Origin: an uncultured Pelagibacteraceae bacterium
GTDB taxonomy: Bacteria > Pseudomonadota > Alphaproteobacteria > Pelagibacterales > Pelagibacteraceae
Assembly: GCA_902550635.1 (NCBI GenBank)
Contig: CACCZY010000002.1
Span: 10,169-74,168 of the forward strand
Length of the DNA: 64,000 nucleotides
Direction of reading: 5' to 3'
Position 1 is the first letter of the stretch; the number at the start of each line of letters is the position of its first letter. Below are positions 37,516-46,382 of this stretch, piece by piece. Position numbers and translations under genes: made by a program. Below the pieces are notes generated by a model. The model made no database searches, had not been told where the DNA came from, and saw only the letters and a program-made list of their open reading frames with translations.

Positions 37516-38469
37516 ATGAAAAAAATCTTAATTACTAGAAGATTACTTAAATCTTGCGAAGAAAAAGCTTCGAAAATTTTTGAAGCAAATTTAAATGATA
37601 ATGATGAATTATATTCTCAATCAAAAGTAATTGAAATGAGTGAAGGATGTGATGGAATTCTAACATCTTTGACAGATAAAATGGATGCCGAAACAATTAA
37701 TAAATTACCTGATAGTATAAAAATATTATCAAACTTTGCAGTGGGATTTGGAAATATAGATTTAGAAGCAGCTAAAAAAAGAAATATTGCAGTAACAAAC
37801 ACACCTGATGTTTTAACTGACGCAACAGCAGAGATTGGAATTTTATTAATTTTAGGAGCATGCAGAAGAGCTGCAGAAGGGATTCAAAGTGCTAAAGCTT
37901 CTAACTGGAAATGGTCCGCAGAGTATTTAATAGGAAAACAACTAACGGGGTCAAGACTAGGAATTCTAGGAATGGGAAGAATTGGTCAAAAGATTGCTAA
38001 AATTGCAAGATCACTTGGCATGATAATTCATTATCACAATCGTTCAAAATTAGATTCAGAAAAAGAACAGGGAGCTATTTATCATGACAATCTTAAAAGT
38101 TTATTATCTGTTTCAGATATTTTATCAGTATGCTGTCCAGCATCAAAGGAAACAATAAATTTAATTAACAAAGAGACAATAGAATATTTACCAAAAGGAG
38201 CAGTAGTAACAAATGTTGCAAGAGGTGATATTGTAGAGGATGAGGCACTAATTGAAGCGCTTGATAGAAGAAAAGTTTATGCAGTTGGTTTAGACGTTTA
38301 TAAAGGTGAACCAAATTTAAATCCTGGTTATTTAAAACATAAAGGTGCATTTATTCTTCCACACCTAGGAAGTGCAACTAAAGAAACAAGAACTGCAATG
38401 GCAAATCTCGCCATAGATAACTTAGATGAGTTTTTCAAAACAGGAAACTGTAAGAACAAAGTTAATTAA
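37516..38469 (+). CDS. D-isomer-specific 2-hydroxyacid dehydrogenase (glyoxylate/hydroxypyruvate reductase-like)
   Basis: VTNTPDVLTDATAE, GILGMGRIG, NVARG, GLDVYKGEP, LPHLGSAT. Confidence 0.92.
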   Translation: MKKILITRRLLKSCEEKASKIFEANLNDNDELYSQSKVIEMSEGCDGILTSLTDKMDAETINKLPDSIKILSNFAVGFGNIDLEAAKKRNIAVTNTPDVLTDATAEIGILLILGACRRAAEGIQSAKASNWKWSAEYLIGKQLTGSRLGILGMGRIGQKIAKIARSLGMIIHYHNRSKLDSEKEQGAIYHDNLKSLLSVSDILSVCCPASKETINLINKETIEYLPKGAVVTNVARGDIVEDEALIEALDRRKVYAVGLDVYKGEPNLNPGYLKHKGAFILPHLGSATKETRTAMANLAIDNLDEFFKTGNCKNKVN

Positions 38470-38601
38470 ATTTATTTTTTTTCAACTTTTGATTGCAAAT
38501 ATTTAAATATCACGAAGATTTTCAATACAAAAGAGATCTTGATTGCTTTGTTATTCTATAATTTAATCTTCAATAATTAAGTAATTGATAGAGGAGGAAA
38601 A

Positions 38602-39891
38602 ATGAAAAAACTAGTATCTATAATTACCTCGGTGCTATTAATATCTCTTTGGTCATCAATTTCATTTGCTGACGATAGAAATAAGAATATTGATAAGCTT
38701 AGTAGCTTTAAAAGTACAGGCACAGCCGCAGGTATAGTAGTGCCCCAGGATGGCAAATACATGGATAATATAAGAAACAATATATTACCAAAAATTAAGA
38801 TGCCTGCTGGGTTTAAAATAAGCTTGTTCGCAAGAGTTCCTGATGCAAGACATATGGCAGTTGCAAGAAATAAAACAACTGTTTGGATTGGAACTAGAAA
38901 AGATAAGGTTTGGCAAGCAACTGACAGAGACATGGATGATGTAGCAGACACTGTGGAGCAATTTAGCCCATCTGTTAATTTTGATATTCCTAATGGTGTA
39001 TGCTTTAGTACTGATGGACATTTATATGTTGCTGAAAGAAATAGAGTATTATGGTTTCCAGCAGCAGAGTTTTTTATGGAAAGTCCAGACACGGTAGCTA
39101 TTCCAATTATACCTCAAGGTGAGTTAATTCCACCTGAAGAGGAGTCTTATAATCACTCTGCAAGAGTTTGTGCAATCAATCCTAAGGATAATAAACTTTA
39201 TGTAAGTATGGGACAACCATTTAACGTAGCACCAGCTGATAAATATCCTTTATACGATCAAGTAGGTATAGGTGGAATGATACGATTCAACAGATTCCCT
39301 GGAAAATTAGAAAGAGAAGTTGTTGGAATTGGTATAAGAAACTCAGTAGGTCACGCGTTCAATCCAAAAGATGGTTCTTTATGGTTTACTGATAACCAAG
39401 TAGATGGAATGGGAGACGAAACTCCTCCAGGAGAGCTAAATAAAGCTTGTGGATTAGGTCCTAAAGTTTGGTATGGACATCCATATACTGGCGGTGGCGA
39501 TGTAAGAACAGGTGAATATAAAGGAAAATCAATTCCAAAAGCTTATGCAGACAATTATTGCAAACCTCAAATTGAGACGATTGCACATGCTGCTGACCTT
39601 GGAATGATGTTCTATACTGGAAAAATGTTTCCTAAAAAATACCATAATGCTATCTTTAGTGCACAACACGGCTCATGGAATGCTGTAAAGCCTAGAGGTG
39701 CAAGAGTAATGGTTACCTATCTTGATAAAAAGGGCAATGCTAAAAAAATGGAACCTTTTGCTGAGGGATGGATGACTGAAATGGGTACTTATTTAGGTAG
39801 ACCAGTAGACGTTCAACAATACTTCGATGGTTCTATATTAGTTTCAGATGATAAAGCTGGAGTAATTTATAGAATTACATACGAAGGATAA
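38602..39891 (+). CDS. periplasmic PQQ-type sugar/sorbosone dehydrogenase-family beta-propeller
   Basis: signal peptide, GAGGAGG RBS, GIRNSVG, WFTDN..DGMGD..PPGELN, AHAADLGMMFY.G, AQHGSWN, GRPVDV, DGSILVSDD.AG.IYRI. Confidence 0.85.
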   Translation: MKKLVSIITSVLLISLWSSISFADDRNKNIDKLSSFKSTGTAAGIVVPQDGKYMDNIRNNILPKIKMPAGFKISLFARVPDARHMAVARNKTTVWIGTRKDKVWQATDRDMDDVADTVEQFSPSVNFDIPNGVCFSTDGHLYVAERNRVLWFPAAEFFMESPDTVAIPIIPQGELIPPEEESYNHSARVCAINPKDNKLYVSMGQPFNVAPADKYPLYDQVGIGGMIRFNRFPGKLEREVVGIGIRNSVGHAFNPKDGSLWFTDNQVDGMGDETPPGELNKACGLGPKVWYGHPYTGGGDVRTGEYKGKSIPKAYADNYCKPQIETIAHAADLGMMFYTGKMFPKKYHNAIFSAQHGSWNAVKPRGARVMVTYLDKKGNAKKMEPFAEGWMTEMGTYLGRPVDVQQYFDGSILVSDDKAGVIYRITYEG

Positions 39892-39908
39892 TTAAAAAAA
39901 TTAAATTT

Positions 39909-39938
39909 AGGGACCGATTAAAGTCGGTCCCTTTTTTT
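39909..39938 (+). terminator. intrinsic terminator
   Basis: AGGGACCGAT-TAAA-GTCGGTCCCT followed by a T-tract. Confidence 0.88.
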
Positions 39939-39960
39939 AACTCTAAAAATATTAGAAAGG

Positions 39961-40362
39961 ATGAAAATGAGAAAAATTTTATTAGCAGTTTTATTTTTGC
40001 TATTTTCATCTGTTGTTGCAAATGCATCAACTGGTGACACTAAAATATGTAGCGGATTTGCAAAATGGATGGAGGATGGAACATTTAAGCAAATAAGAGA
40101 GAGCAAATGTATGACTGAGGCAGAGTATCAGACATATTTAAATTCTTCAGAATACATGTGCAAATATCTAGCTAAATCAATATGGAAAGAATCAGAAAGA
40201 GCTTATGGAAAAAAACAGTACCAATATACTGAACAAAAATTAAAAAAAATCAAAGCTTTAAAAGATGAAGGCATTGCATTATGTGATGCAGGCAATTTAA
40301 AAAAAGGCGAAGCTAAACTGAGAGAAGCTTTTAACATTATTAGTCACACTCGAATGAATTAA
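39961..40362 (+). CDS. hypothetical exported protein with four Cys
   Basis: signal peptide ending ANA-S; KICSG, SKCMT, YMCKY, ALCDAG; stop overlaps the cytochrome c start (TAATG). Confidence 0.75.
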   Translation: MKMRKILLAVLFLLFSSVVANASTGDTKICSGFAKWMEDGTFKQIRESKCMTEAEYQTYLNSSEYMCKYLAKSIWKESERAYGKKQYQYTEQKLKKIKALKDEGIALCDAGNLKKGEAKLREAFNIISHTRMN

Positions 40363-40760
40363 TGAAATTAATAAAGATTATTTTATTAGTAACTTGTTAT
40401 ATATTTTCTTCTGCATTAGCTGGAGAAATAGATGCATCAAACGAGGCCAACCTTTCCGAGTCTTTAAAGGCTGGAAAATTAAAAGCGGCTCAAATTTGTT
40501 CAGCTTGTCATGGATTGAATGGTACAGCTGCCTCTGGAGGAAATTCTCCATTAGTTCCCAATATATCAGGTCAAAATAAAGATTATTTAATTGTAAAATT
40601 AAAGGAATATAAAACTAATAAAATTCAACATCCACAAATGTCAATGATTGCTCAAATGTTAACAGATAAGGATATTGAGGATGTTTCAAATTGGTATTCT
40701 AGTATTAAAGTAGAGGTATTTGATCCAGAGAAAGTTTTAGTAATAAACGAAATAGATTAA
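40362..40760 (+). CDS. monoheme class I cytochrome c (c553-like)
   Basis: signal peptide, CSACHG, PNISGQNKDYL, distal Met in HPQMSMIA. Confidence 0.92.
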   Translation: MKLIKIILLVTCYIFSSALAGEIDASNEANLSESLKAGKLKAAQICSACHGLNGTAASGGNSPLVPNISGQNKDYLIVKLKEYKTNKIQHPQMSMIAQMLTDKDIEDVSNWYSSIKVEVFDPEKVLVINEID

Positions 40761-40896
40761 ATTATCTTAAATAATACAATTCTAGATTGTAAAAAATAAT
40801 ATTTTTCTTAAAATTTCATAATTTTTTATCAAGACTCTAATCAGAATCTATGCTTAAATAATTGCAGTTAATTAACTAAAACGAGGAGAAATAACA

Positions 40897-42042
40897 ATGA
40901 TTAAAGAAAAAAAATCGTTGAAGGGGAAAACACCTTCAAGACGAAAGTTCTTTAAGGTTGCAGCAGCAACAGGTGCAGCAGCGGTAGCAATGCCATATAT
41001 AAATGCTAACGCAGCTCAAACACTTAAAATGCAAGCTGCTTGGCCAAGTGGTGCTAACATCTTTTTTGAAATGGCAGGAGACTATGCAAAAATGGTTAGT
41101 GACATGTCAGGAGGATCATTAAAAATCGATCTTCAGCCTGTAGGAGCAATTGTTAAGACTAAAGAAATTGGTCAAGCAGTTAGTTCTGGAGTAGTTGACA
41201 TGGGTCACTGGGTAACAGCTTACTGGTATGGAAAAAATCCAGCTGCATCTTTATTTGGAACTGGACCATCATATGGTATGTCATCTCAAGAAGTTATGGG
41301 ATGGATGGAATACGGTGGAGGAAGAGCACTATATGAAGAAACTATTAAAAAAGTTGGTTTCGACTATACAGGTTACTTTCATATGCCTATGCCAGCACAA
41401 CCTTTTGGATGGTTTAAGAAAAATGTAACGAAAGTATCTGATGTTAAAGGTATGAAGTATAGAACAGTTGGTCTTGCAACTAACGTTCTTACAGCAATGG
41501 GAATGGTAGTTAGACAATTACCTGGTGGTGAAATTCAACCAGCTATGAAAACTGGTTTAATTGAAGCTGCTGAGTTTAATAACCCAACTTCAGACTCTCA
41601 GTTTGGTATGCAAGATGTTTCTAAGCACTATCACTTAGGAAGCTTTCACCAATCTCAAGAGATGTTTGAAATACCAATTAACAACAAAACATTAAATAAT
41701 CTGTCACCAGCACATCAAGCTATTTTAAAAAATGCTGCTTATGCTGCAAATACAGATAACTATTTCAAAGCATTAGTTAGATATTCAGCTGACTTATCTA
41801 AATTAATGAATGAACATAAAGTTAATGTTTATCAAACTTCAGATGAAATTTTAGCTCAACAATTAAAAGGTTGGGATAAAGTTATCGGAGATTTTGTTGC
41901 GAAGGATGCTTTCTTTAAGAAAATAGTAGATTCTCAAAAATCATACGCTAAGAGAGTAATGAAGTACTTGCTGATGAATCAGCCTAATTACAGACTAGCA
42001 TATGAAAATGAGTTTGGACCTTTAGGGAAAGTTAAAATCTAA
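40897..42042 (+). CDS. dctP: TRAP transporter substrate-binding protein, TakP-like (alpha-keto/hydroxy acid), Tat-exported
   Basis: SRRKFF twin-arginine motif, LKMQAAWP, AYWYGKNPAASLFG, QPFGWF, GMKYRT, AAEFNNP; GAGGAG RBS. Confidence 0.9.
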   Translation: MIKEKKSLKGKTPSRRKFFKVAAATGAAAVAMPYINANAAQTLKMQAAWPSGANIFFEMAGDYAKMVSDMSGGSLKIDLQPVGAIVKTKEIGQAVSSGVVDMGHWVTAYWYGKNPAASLFGTGPSYGMSSQEVMGWMEYGGGRALYEETIKKVGFDYTGYFHMPMPAQPFGWFKKNVTKVSDVKGMKYRTVGLATNVLTAMGMVVRQLPGGEIQPAMKTGLIEAAEFNNPTSDSQFGMQDVSKHYHLGSFHQSQEMFEIPINNKTLNNLSPAHQAILKNAAYAANTDNYFKALVRYSADLSKLMNEHKVNVYQTSDEILAQQLKGWDKVIGDFVAKDAFFKKIVDSQKSYAKRVMKYLLMNQPNYRLAYENEFGPLGKVKI

Positions 42043-42058
42043 ATAATATTCAAATCTT

Positions 42059-42090
42059 AAAAAAGGGGACCACTGGTCCCCTTTTTTTTT
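42059..42090 (+). terminator. intrinsic terminator/stabilising hairpin after the TRAP binding-protein gene
   Basis: GGGGACC-ACT-GGTCCCC followed by T9. Confidence 0.85.
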
Positions 42091-42123
42091 GTATGATATG
42101 TAGATGATTTAACATAAAATATT

Positions 42124-42711
42124 ATGATGCGTTCCTATATAAAATTTGCTGACAATCTGAGTACTTCCATGGGAAAAGCTTTTTCTTGGTGTATTGTAAT
42201 TTTAATGGGAGGAACTTGTTATGAAGTTGTAATGGCATATGCTTTTAACAGTCCAACTTTGTGGAATTTTGATTTTAGTTTACAAATGTACGGAGCTATC
42301 TTTATGATGGCTGGAGCTTATACTTTATCAACAGAAGCTCATGTAAGAGGAGATGTTATTTACAGACTTTTTCCAACCAAAGTTCAGGGTTGGATTGATT
42401 TGGTTTTATATTTTATATTTTTTTTCCCTGGTGTAATTGCGCTTGCTGTTTATGGTTATGATTATGCTGCGTTAGCCTGGAAAATCAAAGAAACAAGTTG
42501 GAATAGTCCTGCTCAAATTCAAATTTATATGGCAAAATCTCTTATCCCATTATCAGGCGCTCTACTTGTAATTCAAGGAATTAGTGAGGTGTTTAGATCT
42601 ATTATTTGTATTCAAACAGGTCATTGGCCAGCGAGAATGGTTAGTGCAGAAGAAACAGAAAAAATTTTAATGAGAACATCTCAGAAAGAAGATGAAGTAG
42701 ATGTTATTTAG
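42124..42711 (+). CDS. dctQ: TRAP transporter small permease
   Basis: YEVV..Y.FNSPT.W, AGAYTL...AHVRGD; four TM. Confidence 0.9.
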   Translation: MMRSYIKFADNLSTSMGKAFSWCIVILMGGTCYEVVMAYAFNSPTLWNFDFSLQMYGAIFMMAGAYTLSTEAHVRGDVIYRLFPTKVQGWIDLVLYFIFFFPGVIALAVYGYDYAALAWKIKETSWNSPAQIQIYMAKSLIPLSGALLVIQGISEVFRSIICIQTGHWPARMVSAEETEKILMRTSQKEDEVDVI

Positions 42712-44062
42712 TTTAACAAATCCCGAAATTGCTATCTTCATGATGGGAATCTTCTTATTTGCAGTTTTATTAGGATTTCCAATAGCTTTTACCTTATTGG
42801 CTATGGGAATTGGTTTTGGATATTATGCTTACTACGATCCAGCCCAAATGGAACATATATTTGACAATAGAATTTTTTCTCTATTGGTTTCAAACACTTA
42901 CACAATAATGGATAACAATGTATTAACGGCGGTCCCCTTATTTTTATTTATGGGATATTTGGTTGAAAGAGCTGGGATAGTATCAAGATTATTTTTTGCA
43001 ATAAGACTTGCTTCACATAAATTACCAGCATCAATGGCAGTAGCTGCATTAGTAACATGTGCCCTTTTTTCCACAGCGACAGGTATAATTGGTGCTGTTG
43101 TTACCTTGATGGGTCTATTAGCTTGGCCAGCAATGATAAAAGCTGGATATGATAAAAAATTTGCATCGGGGGTAATCTGTTCAGGAGGATGTCTTGGAAT
43201 TTTAATTCCACCAAGTATTATGCTTATAGTTTATGCAGTTATAGCACAGCTATCTCCTTTAAGATTATTTGCAGCTGCTATTTTCCCTGGTTTAATGTTA
43301 GCCGGTTTGTACATAATTTATGCAGTGACAAGAGCATATTTAAATCCATCAATCGCACCAAAACCAAGAGCAGAAGATATTCCACCTAGAGCAGAAATAC
43401 TAAAAGAAGTTGCAGTATCATTTTTACCTTTGTTTTCTCTTATTATTTTAGTGCTTGGAACTATTTTAGCTGGTTTAGCAACCCCAGCCGAAGCAGCAGC
43501 AGTAGGTGCTTTTGGTTCATTAGTTCTCTCAATTTTTTATAAAACGTTAAAATGGAAAAATTTTAAGGAGTCAGTTTTTTTAACAGCGAAAACAAGCGCT
43601 ATGATCATGTGGCTTTTTGTTGGCTCTTGGACATTTGCTTCAGTTTTTTCATATTTAGGAGGACATGAAGTATTTGAGCATTTTTTTAAATCGATGAACC
43701 TTCAACCTTGGCAGTTTTTGGTTTTAACTCAAATAATTATTTTCTTGTTAGGTTGGCCACTAGAATGGACAGAAATTTTAATAATTTTCGTACCTATATT
43801 TTTACCTCTTGTAGATTTTTTTGGAGTTAATCCATATTTTTTTGCAATGCTTATAGCATTAAATTTACAAACATCTTTTTTAACTCCACCAATGGCGATG
43901 TCTGCATATTACCTAAAAGGAGTACAAAGTAAAAACGTTGAACTGATGGATATTTTTAGAGGAATTATGCCATTTTTATTGATTGTTATATTTGCAATGT
44001 TTTTAATGTATTTATTCCCAGGCATAGCACTTTGGTTGCCTGAAACTTTATTTGCAAATTAG
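42701..44062 (+). CDS. dctM: TRAP transporter large permease
   Basis: AVPLFLFMG, ATGIIGA, GCLGILIPPSIMLIVY, ATPAEAAAVGA, QTSFLTPP. Confidence 0.93.
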   Translation: MLFSLTNPEIAIFMMGIFLFAVLLGFPIAFTLLAMGIGFGYYAYYDPAQMEHIFDNRIFSLLVSNTYTIMDNNVLTAVPLFLFMGYLVERAGIVSRLFFAIRLASHKLPASMAVAALVTCALFSTATGIIGAVVTLMGLLAWPAMIKAGYDKKFASGVICSGGCLGILIPPSIMLIVYAVIAQLSPLRLFAAAIFPGLMLAGLYIIYAVTRAYLNPSIAPKPRAEDIPPRAEILKEVAVSFLPLFSLIILVLGTILAGLATPAEAAAVGAFGSLVLSIFYKTLKWKNFKESVFLTAKTSAMIMWLFVGSWTFASVFSYLGGHEVFEHFFKSMNLQPWQFLVLTQIIIFLLGWPLEWTEILIIFVPIFLPLVDFFGVNPYFFAMLIALNLQTSFLTPPMAMSAYYLKGVQSKNVELMDIFRGIMPFLLIVIFAMFLMYLFPGIALWLPETLFAN

Positions 44063-44073
44063 TTTTTAAATTT

Positions 44074-45408
44074 ATGGCTGAGATATTTTCATTTACTGTT
44101 AATCAAATTGCAAAAAAGATAAAAGAAGGAAAAATCTCTTCAGTAGAGTTATGCAAGCTATATATTGAAAGAATAAACAAATTTGAAAAAGATGTTAAAG
44201 CTTGGGCTTATTTTGATAAGAAAATCTTGTTAGAAAAAGCAGAAGAGGCTGACAATTATAGAAAGAGCGGTAAGTCATTAGGAATTTTGCATGGCATTCC
44301 TATAGCTTTAAAAGATATTATTGGAACTCACGACATGCCTACAGAATGTGGAACCGTCCTGAGAAAAGGTGCTAAATCCCAAGAAGCAGAGATAGTAGAT
44401 TTGTTAAAATCTGAGGGTGCTATTATTATGGGAAAAACTGCAACTTCAGAACTTGCTTTTTTAGGCCCACCATTAACAAAAAATCCACACGATTATTCAA
44501 GAACACCAGGTGGATCATCTAGCGGATCAGCCGCTGCTATCGCAGCACACATGGCTCCTTTGTCGATCGGATCCCAAACTGGTGGTTCAGTTATAAGACC
44601 AGCATCTTACTGTGGAGTAGTTGGTTACAAACCTTCTTACGGATTAATATCTAGAAATGGAGTTTTAAGAACTTCTTACAGACTTGATCATATTGGAGTA
44701 TTTGGAAAAACTGTTGAAGATGTTGCATTATTAGCAAAAGTTTTGATTAAAAAAGATTCTTATGATGCAGCAACTATACATTATTCTACAGAAAATATAA
44801 TGGAGTATTGTAAAAAAAAACCTTTATTCGATCCAAAATTTATTTTTTATAAAACTGATAGTTGGAAAAAGGTAGATAAAAAATCAAGAGAGTCTTTTGA
44901 ATTCTTTATTAAAACATTTAAAAAAAATATAGAAGTATTTGATACACCTTCATATTTTAAGGATATTAATAAATACCACCAAATTATTCATGAAACTGAT
45001 TTATCAAATAATTTTCAAGATTATTATAAAAAATCAAAAAATAAACTTTCAAAAGAAATGCAAGCTGCTATTTCCAGAGGATTGAAATATTCTGCAAAAG
45101 ATTATGCTGAAGCCATAGATTTTATGCAGAGAAGTTATGAGTCATATAGAGAAGTTTTTGAAGACTATCATGGCGTTTTATCACCTTGTAGTACTGGAGT
45201 TGCTGACAAAGGACTAAAAAGTACTGGAAGTGCAGACTTTAATAAAGTTTGGTCTTATATGGGTGTACCAAGTATTTCACTTCCTTTACTTCAAGGAGAA
45301 AATAATTTACCATTAGGTGTTCAGTTAATTGGCGATAAATATGATGATCTTAGATTTTTAGGCATTGCTAACTGGCTCGAAAAAGAAAGTAAAAAACATT
45401 ATGCATAA
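44074..45408 (+). CDS. amidase-signature family amidase
   Basis: LHGIPIALKD, TPGGSSSGSAAA, GSQTGGSVIRPAS.CG, LPLGVQLIG. Confidence 0.92.
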   Translation: MAEIFSFTVNQIAKKIKEGKISSVELCKLYIERINKFEKDVKAWAYFDKKILLEKAEEADNYRKSGKSLGILHGIPIALKDIIGTHDMPTECGTVLRKGAKSQEAEIVDLLKSEGAIIMGKTATSELAFLGPPLTKNPHDYSRTPGGSSSGSAAAIAAHMAPLSIGSQTGGSVIRPASYCGVVGYKPSYGLISRNGVLRTSYRLDHIGVFGKTVEDVALLAKVLIKKDSYDAATIHYSTENIMEYCKKKPLFDPKFIFYKTDSWKKVDKKSRESFEFFIKTFKKNIEVFDTPSYFKDINKYHQIIHETDLSNNFQDYYKKSKNKLSKEMQAAISRGLKYSAKDYAEAIDFMQRSYESYREVFEDYHGVLSPCSTGVADKGLKSTGSADFNKVWSYMGVPSISLPLLQGENNLPLGVQLIGDKYDDLRFLGIANWLEKESKKHYA

Positions 45409-45577
45409 AATTACCACTTTAATAGCATTATCTTTTGCATCATTTTTTTTAATTGGTCTTGCTACAACATTAACAAGATCAATGATGATAGGTTTCGTTG
45501 ATGTTTTGCCTGTTTATATATTAATGGGTCTCGCAATTGTAATGATGGTGTACGAGTCGTTTTTTGATAAACATTAA
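45401..45577 (+). CDS. small two-TM membrane protein
   Basis: ATG at 45401 overlapping the amidase end; MHKITTLIALSFASFFLIGLA...; ORF track starts at 45365. Confidence 0.6.
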   Translation: MHKITTLIALSFASFFLIGLATTLTRSMMIGFVDVLPVYILMGLAIVMMVYESFFDKH

Positions 45578-46379
45578 AAGTATTATATTAGCAATATTAT
45601 TTTTATACTTTATTTCAGTAATAGTTGTTTATTTTTATCAAAGAAAACTTTTATATTATCCTTTATCACCTCCAACTTTTACAAAAGACATTAGTGGTGA
45701 CGGATTAATTCATAAATTCGAAACTATTAGTTTTGATACCTCGGATAATTTGAATTTAAAAGGATGGTATCATTTTAAAAGTTTGGAAAAAAAAACCATA
45801 CTTTTCTTCCATGGAAATGCTTCAAACTTAGATAATAGAATTTACAAACTTAATTTATTGGGAAATTTAGATGTTAATTTTTTAATAATTGCTTGGAGAG
45901 GATATAGTGGAAATCCAGGTAAACCTAGCGAAGAAGGTTTATATCAAGATTCTTTGGGTGCATTAAAGTGGCTTAATAGAAAAGGGATTTCAAATGAAAA
46001 AATAATTTTATATGGAGAGTCATTAGGCACAGCAGTAGCAACAGAAATTGGTCAAAATAAAAAATTTGCTGGGATAATTTTAGAGTCTCCTTTTACGTCA
46101 ATGATAGAAATGGGTAAAAAATTTTATCCAATCTTTCCAGTAAAATTACTTCTTAAAGATAAATATGAAACGAAAAATAAAATTAAAAATATAAAATTTC
46201 CTATTTTAATTATGCACGGCAAAAAAGATAAACTTGTTCCATTTAATATGGGCAATGAACTTTATAATCTAGCAAATGAGCCAAAATTTAAATATTTCAC
46301 GGAAAAAGACGGTCATATGATGGAATTTGATGTTGGGTTAAAAGATGAAATAAATAATTTTTTAGAAAGTTTGGAGTAA
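45564..46379 (+). CDS. membrane-anchored alpha/beta hydrolase (YfhR/BEM46-like)
   Basis: N-terminal TM, YQRKLLY.P, FFHGNA, WRGYSG..GKPSEEGLY.D, GESLG, HGKKD. Confidence 0.88.
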   Translation: MINIKSIILAILFLYFISVIVVYFYQRKLLYYPLSPPTFTKDISGDGLIHKFETISFDTSDNLNLKGWYHFKSLEKKTILFFHGNASNLDNRIYKLNLLGNLDVNFLIIAWRGYSGNPGKPSEEGLYQDSLGALKWLNRKGISNEKIILYGESLGTAVATEIGQNKKFAGIILESPFTSMIEMGKKFYPIFPVKLLLKDKYETKNKIKNIKFPILIMHGKKDKLVPFNMGNELYNLANEPKFKYFTEKDGHMMEFDVGLKDEINNFLESLE

Positions 46380-46382
46380 CTA

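Noticed and set aside
38470-38601. Riboswitch in the long gaps upstream of the PQQ dehydrogenase (and of dctP at 40761-40896)
   Set aside because: Both gaps are AT-rich, with no convincing GC-paired helices or recognisable glycine, SAM, TPP or cobalamin aptamer motifs.
38577-39092. 171-aa antisense ORF over the PQQ-type dehydrogenase
   Set aside because: Fully antisense to a well-supported gene, with no motifs; a typical shadow ORF of biased codon usage.
44074-45408. Amidase as gatA
   Set aside because: No gatC/gatB neighbours, and the GKTATSELA and SQTGGS variants plus TRAP context fit a catabolic amidase better.
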